A stretch of DNA of 14,867 bases from a candidate division FCPU426 bacterium (lineage in GTDB: Bacteria; Oederibacteriota; JAAXVQ01; JAUVAV01): the NCBI GenBank assembly GCA_030637655.1, contig DAOWGI010000078.1, positions 1 through 14,867 on the forward strand. The letters run 5' to 3'. The translations under genes were made by a program, and so were the position numbers. The notes beneath the pieces were generated by a model. It ran no database searches. It was not told where the DNA came from and was given only the letters and a program-made list of their open reading frames with translations. How positions within the stretch are numbered: position 1 is the stretch's first letter; the number at the start of each line of letters is the position of its first letter. Positions 7,141-14,867 of this stretch are shown here, one piece after another.

Positions 7141-7290
7141 ATGCCGAATCGAACCAGCATAACCGGCAGTAAGCTTTTTATCGTGGAGAAATTTCAGGAA
7201 TACAATACATTTCTTCGATCTGCCATCTCAATTGAGTACGGTGTCACCGGAATTTGTGACCGTTGCGGATCACCACGGGAAAAATCGTAG
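7141..7290 (+). pseudogene. 49-aa ORF, possible 5' remnant of a larger (PLD/SNF2 helicase-type) gene
   Basis: A strong RBS GAGAGGGAG precedes ATG 7141. The N-terminus MPNRTSITGSKLFIVE resembles, from memory, the MPxRTSxTGSELFIVDN start of restriction-associated PLD-helicase proteins. The ORF then runs into repeat-like DNA and stops at the TAG of a GTAG REP. Confidence 0.4.
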
Positions 7291-7330
7291 GGGCGACCGG
7301 CCGGTCGCCCGTGTTGCGGGGAAATGAGAA
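7278..7330. repeat. Single-unit GTAG REP related to the composite repeat
   Basis: GTAG (7287-7290) is followed by the perfect 20-bp palindrome GGGCGACCGGCCGGTCGCCC (7291-7310). The flanks GGAAAAAtC and GTGTTGcGGggAAATGaGAA match the composite's flanks. Confidence 0.88.
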
Positions 7331-7507
7331 CCAAGTTAAACGGATATTAGGACTACGGCTCGGGTCAGAGAGGGTAGGAGTTAAGAAATTAGAAGTTCTT
7401 AAATTATTTAACTCCGGCCCCAATCGCACCGATCGCACATAAAGTTGCAGGCTGTTGGAAAAAAAGAAAAATATCGGGATGAAATCTGCATAGGGCGGAA
7501 GAATAAT

Positions 7508-9649
7508 ATGGAAAGAAAATTGATTGTTTGGGAGCAAGATTTCGAGCGATCCTTCCAGGCATCAACACCCTCTGACTGGAGAAAGGCAGGCGGGATACTG
7601 TCTCTTATTCCTAATCGTGCCGATTGGGACTGCTTTATTGAAACAGTAAAAAAAGACTGGGACAATTGGAAGGTAAATCTACTTCAATATAAAAATTGTT
7701 TGATTATTTTATACGATGGTTTGGCTTTTTATGAATATGGAGAAAATAGATTTTGGCCACAGTTCGCTAAAACACTTGGCAAAGAAGTATTACCAAGCAA
7801 TCTAATAAATGAAATCAATAAAAAATTTGCAAAAGCCGCAAAAAACCATGGCTTAAAAATTCTGCAACGTAACAATAGGATGGATTTTAACGGTTCTGCA
7901 GTGTATCACATAGGCATTCCTCTCTCATTATGGGACGGATTTTTGGATATTTGCGAATGGGCGTTATGGCGAAATAATTGGAAATTACTACTTGATGATG
8001 AGTGGGAAAAAACAATTACTAAACTTGCCGGAAGCCGTGTAAGACTAAGAATTTTTTTAATTGAAAATCGTGAAGCAGCAAGCATGCTTATTCAAGAAGT
8101 AATAGACGCGCGTAAAATATTGACCGAAGATCAGAAATTAAGTATTAGTGATATTTCTCAAGCAACCACTCTTCGAATTGAATATTTTGAAGAAGTTCCA
8201 GAAACTGCAGAATTTCTCCGCCTGGATAATCTCGAGTCTCTTTATAGAGGTCGTGCGATCCTCACTTGGAACGATCAACGAGGTATTATCAGCCTCTACT
8301 TGCCTGCGATTGACAAAGATAAACTACCAGCCACTTGGTGCGTCGACACATTAAAGCAGGAAGCTTCTACCACTCCTGATGAATTTATTCTGAATTCATT
8401 ATCTTTTGAATCTTTGTTGAAATTAAAACTAGAATCAAGTCTGTTTACCGAGGTGATAAAACTTAGAGGCATCAAGCCTTGGGGTATGTTTGAGGCGAGG
8501 TGTGGTGGCAATTTTGTTAATTCGGACCGAGAGCAATTGCCATATAGAAGTTATGTGATTATTTCTCAAGAAAAAATAGAAAATATTACTCGAGAAGGTT
8601 TTGAAGAAAAGGAAAATCCCATCAATGAACATTTTGAACTTGCGGATGGTAAGACATGCTTTGTTACCCGTCTCTGGCCTAATGACAAGCATGGGGTGTT
8701 ACGAATTAAACAAAAACAATTGGACAAAGAAACGACGATTCGCTTTAGAGCGAATACGAAAATTGAGGCCAAAATTTATCCTGGGATCGGAAATCGCGCC
8801 GCAAACTTTACCCGGTATCCTAGCGAAAATAAAATAGTGACTGATCAGTTGCCAACAGTGTGCGTTGCAATACCATATGGATATGAGTATAGCGAATCAT
8901 ATCTTAACGATAAATTCAGTATATTTGTTGACAAACTGCCAGCAATAGGCAAGTGGAAAAAATATCCTGTTCATTCGGATGAGAAGAATTTTTATAGGTG
9001 GATTTGGGATAAAAAACCCTTTAGAGAGCAAACCAAAACTGGTGTAAAACTCAGAGGTTTTAAGCAACTCAATGAGTGCTACAAAGCACCCGACCTGAAA
9101 GGCGACAGAACATTTTTTATCCGATCTCCTGAATTTGTTAAAAGCTATCGAGTTTATTTAGAACACACAAAATATAGCATGACAGATTGTTGGGAAAATC
9201 TGCCAGGTGCATATCTCATCTGGTTTTTGCTTTGCCAAGAACCCACAGGGAGTAAGTTGGAGGATTTGTTGCTTGCAAAGGATATAATTGCTCCTGAAGC
9301 CAGGCAGTTAAGCACATACTTGCTGCATAAGTACGCAAATTTCGGTTTTCTCATACAACGCGGCCGGTTATGGGAAATTGCGAAATCCCATGCCGCTATT
9401 ACTTGCCATACAGATAGATTTTGTCAGTTAGATTATTGTGGCGACCCCTCTATCCTTTGGGGTCTGTATCGCAAAATGTATCATGAGTCACCCAATCATG
9501 AATTGCCTGTCATTGAGGTTATAAATAAGTGGGGCGCACAAGAGGTTCCTTTTCTTCAAATGAAATGGAACATTGCTTTGCAAGATAAGTTAATAAAATA
9601 TTTACAAAGTAGAGATGTTATGACGGGGGGAGCTCTATGGACTCACTAA
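7508..9649 (+). CDS. Large hypothetical protein (~713 aa), partner of the DUF1998 helicase; DruH-like position and N-terminal motifs
   Basis: Long AT-rich ORF; ATG 7508 is preferred over TTG 7445. It has an aromatic-rich N-terminal motif LAFYEYGENRFWPQF and AVYHIGIPLSLWDGF, a beta-rich middle and a possible winged-helix near the C-terminus. It overlaps the helicase start by 13 nt. Confidence 0.8.
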   Translation: MERKLIVWEQDFERSFQASTPSDWRKAGGILSLIPNRADWDCFIETVKKDWDNWKVNLLQYKNCLIILYDGLAFYEYGENRFWPQFAKTLGKEVLPSNLINEINKKFAKAAKNHGLKILQRNNRMDFNGSAVYHIGIPLSLWDGFLDICEWALWRNNWKLLLDDEWEKTITKLAGSRVRLRIFLIENREAASMLIQEVIDARKILTEDQKLSISDISQATTLRIEYFEEVPETAEFLRLDNLESLYRGRAILTWNDQRGIISLYLPAIDKDKLPATWCVDTLKQEASTTPDEFILNSLSFESLLKLKLESSLFTEVIKLRGIKPWGMFEARCGGNFVNSDREQLPYRSYVIISQEKIENITREGFEEKENPINEHFELADGKTCFVTRLWPNDKHGVLRIKQKQLDKETTIRFRANTKIEAKIYPGIGNRAANFTRYPSENKIVTDQLPTVCVAIPYGYEYSESYLNDKFSIFVDKLPAIGKWKKYPVHSDEKNFYRWIWDKKPFREQTKTGVKLRGFKQLNECYKAPDLKGDRTFFIRSPEFVKSYRVYLEHTKYSMTDCWENLPGAYLIWFLLCQEPTGSKLEDLLLAKDIIAPEARQLSTYLLHKYANFGFLIQRGRLWEIAKSHAAITCHTDRFCQLDYCGDPSILWGLYRKMYHESPNHELPVIEVINKWGAQEVPFLQMKWNIALQDKLIKYLQSRDVMTGGALWTH

Positions 9650-12600
9650 CAACTCGATTTGAGAAGGAGGTTTTTTCGCCATATCTTGAGATACTCAAGG
9701 CGCAGTATCGCATACACCCAATGTACGCCCATGCTAAAAAGATATGGGAAGAAAAACTTACCTTAAAAGAATTGGTCAATGGTCCCTATTTGGAAAAAAC
9801 ACAGGTTTATGAACCTGGTGACCCTTTAGAGTCTCTTGATCTCCATGAAAAAACCGTAAAAACCATTCGCAAGCGACTTGGTGATATGGAAAATCTTTAT
9901 CGTCATCAAACCGATGCTTTAAATCTTTTACTTTCCGGTAAAAACGCTGTTATTGCAACCGGTACAAGCAGCGGAAAAACCCTCTGTTATCAGATACCAA
10001 TTCTTGATGACTTAATACGCAATTCTACATCGGGCTTAAGGGCTGTTATTATCTACCCGCTTAATGCCTTGGTGAATGATCAACTCACCGAATGGGAGGA
10101 AATGCTAAAGGACCATTCACACATTTCTTTTGCGAGATTTACAGGCCAGACCCCGGATAATCAGGTTGAATATGAGAGCGGGCTCCGCGCTGTGATCCGA
10201 GATAAACTTATTAATGAGAAACTTTCGCAGCAAGAGTTGCACAAGCAGATTGAACTTAGACTAGCAGACACGGTACGCAATGAAATACCTAACCGTCTCA
10301 ATCACCGCGAAGATATTCGCGCAAAAGGTCCACAAATACTCATCACAAATTTTTCAATGCTTGAATATCTTCTGGAGCGGCCGATTGACTCGTCTGTTTT
10401 TGATAATGCAAGTCTTAAGTATTTAGTGCTTGATGAAGCACATGCATACAGAGGAGTACAAGCGACGGAAATATCCTTCTTGATACGACGATTAAAAGAT
10501 CGCTTGGGTATTGAGCGGTTAACTTGCATTGCAACCTCAGCCACTTTGGGCAAGAAGGATGATGTGGAGAGTCAAAAGAAAGTCCGCAAATATTCCGCAG
10601 ATATGTTCGGTGAGGAATTTAATGAGCCGAACCCGATTTACGGCACACTGGCCACACTCAAGATTGAACAGCCGGCATATAAGCCTTCAGCTTTGCAGTA
10701 TATCCAAGCGGCCGAAGCCATGAGAGCATCTAGTCAGGCGGATATCAGAAAATATCTCGGTATAACTGTCTCAGATAATGACGTGGCCGTCATTCTTGCT
10801 CATGATGAGAATTTGTTTAGTTTGCGAAAAGAGATATTAAAAAAGCCGATATTGGTGAGCGAGGCAGCGAAATTACTTTGGCCGACCGATTCAAATGCGG
10901 AAAACGGGCTATTAGCTTTGTTGGAAATTGTGGCAGGAGCGAGGAGAAACGGAGTACATGAAGACTTACTTCCAACGCGTCTTCATTATTTTGTGAGAGC
11001 CCAGGATGGGTTGCACATTTGCCTTCACAAAGAATGTCCCGGGCGTAAAGGTGGACAGCCTGCTTTTTTTGTATCTAGAAAGGCCGATTCGGAAGTGCTA
11101 GAGGGGTATTGTCCAGAGTGTCAGCAAAAAGGTCGATCCTCTAAATTGGTTGAAGTCGTAACATGTCGTAAATGTGGTTACCTATATGGTGCATTGCAAG
11201 ATTTGGGTCCGCGCCGAGCTCAGACTCCAGAAAATGATTCGGACGCCATGAGAGCTGCTTTTGATTCCTTTAGCACAGAATTGGGCTGGGCAGCCGATTC
11301 TTTTTGGTCGTACTTTTGTGTCGAAAACGAACTACCATATCCGAAAGAACCGAAAGCCGATGAAGAAGATATAGACGATGTTTTTCAGTTGGAATGGTGT
11401 GTTATATGTGGCAAAAAACATGATTCTGGTGCCGGGGACAAATGCACCTGTTTAACACCACATTTGCGAAAGATCCAAATAATTCATCGTCAATGCTTCC
11501 ATTCCGGTAAACCAAAGGACCTAGCAAATCTTTATAGCTCGCAGAAAAGGTCTTTGAGGGCTTGCCCAAATTGTGGTGCTCAGAATAGTTCTGGGCTTGA
11601 GCCAGTGCGCCGCTTTCAGGAGTCTGATGACGAGACCGGCTTGGCCATGGCAATTCCGCTTGCTCATTTTCAAGTCACCCCTGTTTTAGACAAAAAGAAA
11701 CCCCCACGTAAGCTACTTTGTTTTACTGATCACCGGCAGAGGGCCGCAGCGTTTCCATCACTTCTTGAGGAAGAGACGTTTGTTCATGATATGGGGCGTA
11801 AGATCGTAGAAATAACCAATGCGGAAGGTAAATCCCTTGATTTAGTGACATTGGGGGAACGCCTTGCTGATATATCGGATAGCCAGTCAAACAACTATGA
11901 CCCTGATTTCTTTTTGCCTGTTTCACGTTTCCCAGATGGAGAACTGGATACAAGAGGGGGGATTAATTTATGGATAGCGGAGACATTCAGCTATTTTGGT
12001 ATCCCAGATGCTGCGCGTGAATCTGCAGAAGATTTAGGGCTTGTAACAGCCGAATATCTGCTTGAAGAGAAGGAAGCGCTTGTTTTTCATAGGTTGCTAA
12101 ATAAATCGAATCTTTCTCTTCAAGATTCTACAGCAGCTTTGCAGATATTACTCGGAATTATACGACAAAGGAAAGCCTTTACTCTTCCAACAGGGCGTGT
12201 TCATTACTCAGACCCAGCTTTCGGACGTGTTACGGTTGATATAGCGTACATTTTACGCAGAGAGGGCGTGGGAAAGCTGCAGGGTAAATACGTAAAAGGA
12301 TGGTTGCCGCGGTTAAATAAAGACGGCACTTACCGCAATAATTTCGTTACAGACTATCTACGCCGTTTACTACAGTTGCCTCCGCAAGAGATTTTAAATA
12401 TAGCAGAAAAAATATGGCAATTTCTTACAACGGAGTTTTTACTAATCCCACATAGGGAAACATGGAAGCTCGGATATGAAAGAATATGCGTTAAGAAAGC
12501 ACCCTCACGCTATGTCTGTAAACGTTGTGGTTATGTGACCGCTTATTCTGCGCAGCAATGTTGTCCTCGGAAGGAGTGTGACGGCAAACTAGAAATACGT

Positions 12601-14532
12601 CCATTTGATTCTGCGAAAGAAAATATTATAGCACGGTGGGTCGCCGACCAAATAATGCCTCGGTTTACTAATTTGAAATCAGAGGAACACAGCGCACAAA
12701 TAAGCAAGCCAGTTGCGAAAAGGATTGAAGACGAGTTCCGGGCAGAAGGTATAAATCTTCTAAGTAGTACTACGACGTTTGAGATGGGTATCAACATAGG
12801 AGATCTTCAAAAGATTCTTCTCCGTAACGCACCTCCGACGAGTGCGAGCTACGTGCAGCGCGTTGGACGAGCTGGGCGCGGTATCGACAAAAATGCCGTT
12901 TGCGTTACGTTATGCCGTCGTACTAAGTATGATGCAGATGCGTGGCAGGAGCCGTCGCGTTTAATGTCCGGCGAAGTGAGAACTCCGACGGTTTTTACTC
13001 AGAATCCAATAATTGCACAACGACACTTTAATGCAGTACTTTTTGCAAAATATTTACGTGAAAATGTTCTTGAAAGACAACTTCTTGGGGAATTGAAACA
13101 AGAAATACGTTTAGAGCCTTTTTTATCCTCAGCTATTCGGGATCAGTCAAAATTATTACCGAAACCCTGGCTAATTTTTCCGCCTGATTTGTATCTGGAT
13201 TTTACCAGTTGGCTTGACAGGACTAGCGAGCAAGATGTTTTCAGCACTTCCGCGTGCCTAGCTATTCTATCAGCCGTTGGTACGTTCTCTATCGGTAAAA
13301 TTGAGGCTATAAAGAAATACACATATATTCTTACCGCTATAACCGATGAACTAGAAACTCTTCTCAGAGAACGACTGCAGATAGTCAGCTATGGTCGTCA
13401 TGTGGTGGATATTGATCGATCTATCAAATCACTGCTAAGAAACGGCATCATAAATGTACTAGCAAGGCGTGGATTCCTGCCTCGCTACGCTTTTCCTCTC
13501 GACGTAGTATCCCTTGAAACTGGCCCAAGTCGGTGGTCTCGCGAATCTGATGTTGAGTTAAGTCGTGACAGGGGGATTGCAATTGCCGAATTTGCTCCAG
13601 GAGCCCAAGTCATAGCACATAAAAAAGTCTTCACTAGTGAAGGTCTCTACATCGTAAGTAAGAGAGACGTGCCGGAGAAGAGGTTCTATGTAAGATGTAG
13701 AAATTGCGATCAAATAAGAACTGCATCGACGCAAGAAAAACTGAAGGGAAGATGTTTAGTTTGTAATAAAGCAGTAAATCCAGTGCAGGATATAAAGATT
13801 TTTGTCGAACCAGAGGCGTTCAGTATACGCATAGACAAACACAGTGAGGGATCAGCAAGATATCGTCGTACCACACTGATCCGTCAGCGGCAATCGCTCA
13901 CTCACTTCATTGATTCTGTTAAAGACGATCAGTTTGAAGACTATGGTATTTTCAAGCTGGTGCTCAAGGTGCCGGGGACACTATTTCGATATAATCTAGG
14001 TCCGAATAATGGCGGATTCATTCTGTGTCCCCATTGTGGTTATAGTGCGCCAAAGAAAGTATTTACTATAGCTAAGAAACATCAAAGGCTTAGAGTGTTT
14101 CGTGGAAATGCAGATTGTATTCAACAGCCATGGTCAAAAGAAATTGCGTATGGGCATCAGTTCCAGAGTTATTGCCTTATCGTCCGTCCTGCCGTCCCCT
14201 CAACATCAATTGTGTCCCTCGCGTTTGCATTAAAAAAAGGATTGTGCACAGTTCTAGATATCGAGCCATCTGATATTGGCGTATCATGGAGATGGTTAGC
14301 GAATAAAAACGACAAGGTTGGTGAAATTATCCTGTATGATTATGCACCGGGGGGCGCGGGATTTGTAAAGGAGGGGATTGATAATTGGCAACAGGTTGTA
14401 AATATAACTCGCGAAATATGTAAAGTCTGTAAATGTGAAAAGGCATGCTATGATTGTTTGAAGGATTATGGTAATCAATCTTATCATGAAAAATTAAATC
14501 GATACACAGTGACAGAATTTTTACGAATATAA
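9637..14532 (+). CDS. SF2 DEAD/DEAH-box helicase with multiple Zn-ribbons and C-terminal DUF1998 (DruE-like), 1631 aa
   Basis: RBS GGGGGAG at 9626-9632. Motifs: Q LYRHQ, I ATGTSSGKT (9955-9981), Ia IYPLNALVNDQ, Ib ILITNFSMLEYLL, II DEAH (10432-10443), III SAT, IV LLCFTDHRQRAA, EEHSAQ, V STTTFEMGINIGDL, VI YVQRVGRAGR. Also GFLPRYAFP, LSRDRGIAIAEFAPG, many CxxC pairs and a C-terminal LYDYAPGGAG...CKCEKACYDCL (DUF1998). Confidence 0.95.
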   Translation: MDSLTTRFEKEVFSPYLEILKAQYRIHPMYAHAKKIWEEKLTLKELVNGPYLEKTQVYEPGDPLESLDLHEKTVKTIRKRLGDMENLYRHQTDALNLLLSGKNAVIATGTSSGKTLCYQIPILDDLIRNSTSGLRAVIIYPLNALVNDQLTEWEEMLKDHSHISFARFTGQTPDNQVEYESGLRAVIRDKLINEKLSQQELHKQIELRLADTVRNEIPNRLNHREDIRAKGPQILITNFSMLEYLLERPIDSSVFDNASLKYLVLDEAHAYRGVQATEISFLIRRLKDRLGIERLTCIATSATLGKKDDVESQKKVRKYSADMFGEEFNEPNPIYGTLATLKIEQPAYKPSALQYIQAAEAMRASSQADIRKYLGITVSDNDVAVILAHDENLFSLRKEILKKPILVSEAAKLLWPTDSNAENGLLALLEIVAGARRNGVHEDLLPTRLHYFVRAQDGLHICLHKECPGRKGGQPAFFVSRKADSEVLEGYCPECQQKGRSSKLVEVVTCRKCGYLYGALQDLGPRRAQTPENDSDAMRAAFDSFSTELGWAADSFWSYFCVENELPYPKEPKADEEDIDDVFQLEWCVICGKKHDSGAGDKCTCLTPHLRKIQIIHRQCFHSGKPKDLANLYSSQKRSLRACPNCGAQNSSGLEPVRRFQESDDETGLAMAIPLAHFQVTPVLDKKKPPRKLLCFTDHRQRAAAFPSLLEEETFVHDMGRKIVEITNAEGKSLDLVTLGERLADISDSQSNNYDPDFFLPVSRFPDGELDTRGGINLWIAETFSYFGIPDAARESAEDLGLVTAEYLLEEKEALVFHRLLNKSNLSLQDSTAALQILLGIIRQRKAFTLPTGRVHYSDPAFGRVTVDIAYILRREGVGKLQGKYVKGWLPRLNKDGTYRNNFVTDYLRRLLQLPPQEILNIAEKIWQFLTTEFLLIPHRETWKLGYERICVKKAPSRYVCKRCGYVTAYSAQQCCPRKECDGKLEIRPFDSAKENIIARWVADQIMPRFTNLKSEEHSAQISKPVAKRIEDEFRAEGINLLSSTTTFEMGINIGDLQKILLRNAPPTSASYVQRVGRAGRGIDKNAVCVTLCRRTKYDADAWQEPSRLMSGEVRTPTVFTQNPIIAQRHFNAVLFAKYLRENVLERQLLGELKQEIRLEPFLSSAIRDQSKLLPKPWLIFPPDLYLDFTSWLDRTSEQDVFSTSACLAILSAVGTFSIGKIEAIKKYTYILTAITDELETLLRERLQIVSYGRHVVDIDRSIKSLLRNGIINVLARRGFLPRYAFPLDVVSLETGPSRWSRESDVELSRDRGIAIAEFAPGAQVIAHKKVFTSEGLYIVSKRDVPEKRFYVRCRNCDQIRTASTQEKLKGRCLVCNKAVNPVQDIKIFVEPEAFSIRIDKHSEGSARYRRTTLIRQRQSLTHFIDSVKDDQFEDYGIFKLVLKVPGTLFRYNLGPNNGGFILCPHCGYSAPKKVFTIAKKHQRLRVFRGNADCIQQPWSKEIAYGHQFQSYCLIVRPAVPSTSIVSLAFALKKGLCTVLDIEPSDIGVSWRWLANKNDKVGEIILYDYAPGGAGFVKEGIDNWQQVVNITREICKVCKCEKACYDCLKDYGNQSYHEKLNRYTVTEFLRI

Positions 14533-14546
14533 TCGGTGTCGGAGTT

Positions 14547-14867
14547 TTGCGCCAGGCCAAGTCTGGACAAAGGGAATGAGGTGAGAAGCAAACTCTGAAA
14601 CTTTGTAACGAAACCTAGTGGGTAACCAATCCCACCCGGCAAAGCCTAGCCAGCAGCCGGAAGCGAGTCTTGCGTGGCAGAGAGGTAACTCTCTGTGGCG
14701 AAGCGTAGACAGCGAGTACACAGGCCGTGTGATAGAGTCCCGAAATCACCAATGCGAAAGCCGACGAGTTGACTCCAACGGAAGGCAGCATCCAACCATC
14801 GCAAGGGCAAGATGGTAGGGTTTCGCCGGGATCGGAGAGCAGGGCATGTGTACAGGAGGTTTCCCAG
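14547..14867 (+). mobile_element. Group II intron, 5' part of domain I (IIB-type RNA; truncated by window end, intron-encoded RT not in window)
   Basis: Begins TTGCG (variant of GTGCG). Contains characteristic DI strings GCCGGAAGCGAGTCTTGCG, GAAGCGTAGACAGCGA, GAGTCCCGAAA, GCCGACG...GGAAGGC and CGCCGGGATCGGAGAGCAGGGCATG...CCCAG. The loop GACTCC (14771-14776) is complementary to the 6 nt GGAGTT directly before the 5' end (EBS1/IBS1). Confidence 0.88.

Noticed and set aside
1-7330. CRISPR array interpretation of the repeated palindromes
   Set aside because: Repeats are ~120 bp and separated by kilobases of genes; there is no regular repeat-spacer period and no cas gene.
9637-14532. DISARM drmA/drmB, Dpd dpdJ or housekeeping MrfA/Hrq1 assignment
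   Set aside because: Helicase and DUF1998 are fused in one 1631-aa protein (they are split in DISARM), it is far larger than MrfA-type repair helicases, and no methylase, drm or dpd genes are adjacent. A druE symbol was withheld because no HMM search could be run.
14521-14818. Short ORFs at the right end
   Set aside because: They overlap structured group II intron domain I RNA and have no RT motifs.
1-14867. Autonomous transposase, RAYT or integrase responsible for the repeats
   Set aside because: No HUH, DDE or tyrosine/serine recombinase ORF is visible in the window; any mobiliser must act in trans.

Overview
Bacterial accessory (defence/toxin-island-like) region. Left to right it contains: (i) a ~120-bp composite REP-like repeat present three times in direct orientation (1-118, 5101-5229, 6896-7021), plus a single-unit relative at 7278-7330, which partition the window into modules; (ii) a truncated PQQ/BamB-like beta-propeller gene fragment; (iii) a DUF4157 (eCIS core, HExxH) protein with a long hydrophobic C-terminal half and an in-frame 102-bp palindromic insertion; (iv) an AAA_14+DUF4143 ATPase behind a near-consensus sigma70 promoter; (v) two small minus-strand membrane-anchored hypothetical genes; (vi) a short ORF that may be a remnant of a helicase gene; (vii) an overlapping two-gene operon encoding a ~713-aa unknown protein and a 1631-aa multi-zinc-finger SF2 DEAH helicase with C-terminal DUF1998, best read as a compact, divergent Druantia type III-like anti-phage system; (viii) the 5' part of a group II intron inserted 14 nt after the helicase stop, with a visible EBS1/IBS1 pairing. 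All family assignments come from motif recognition by eye; no database searches were run.
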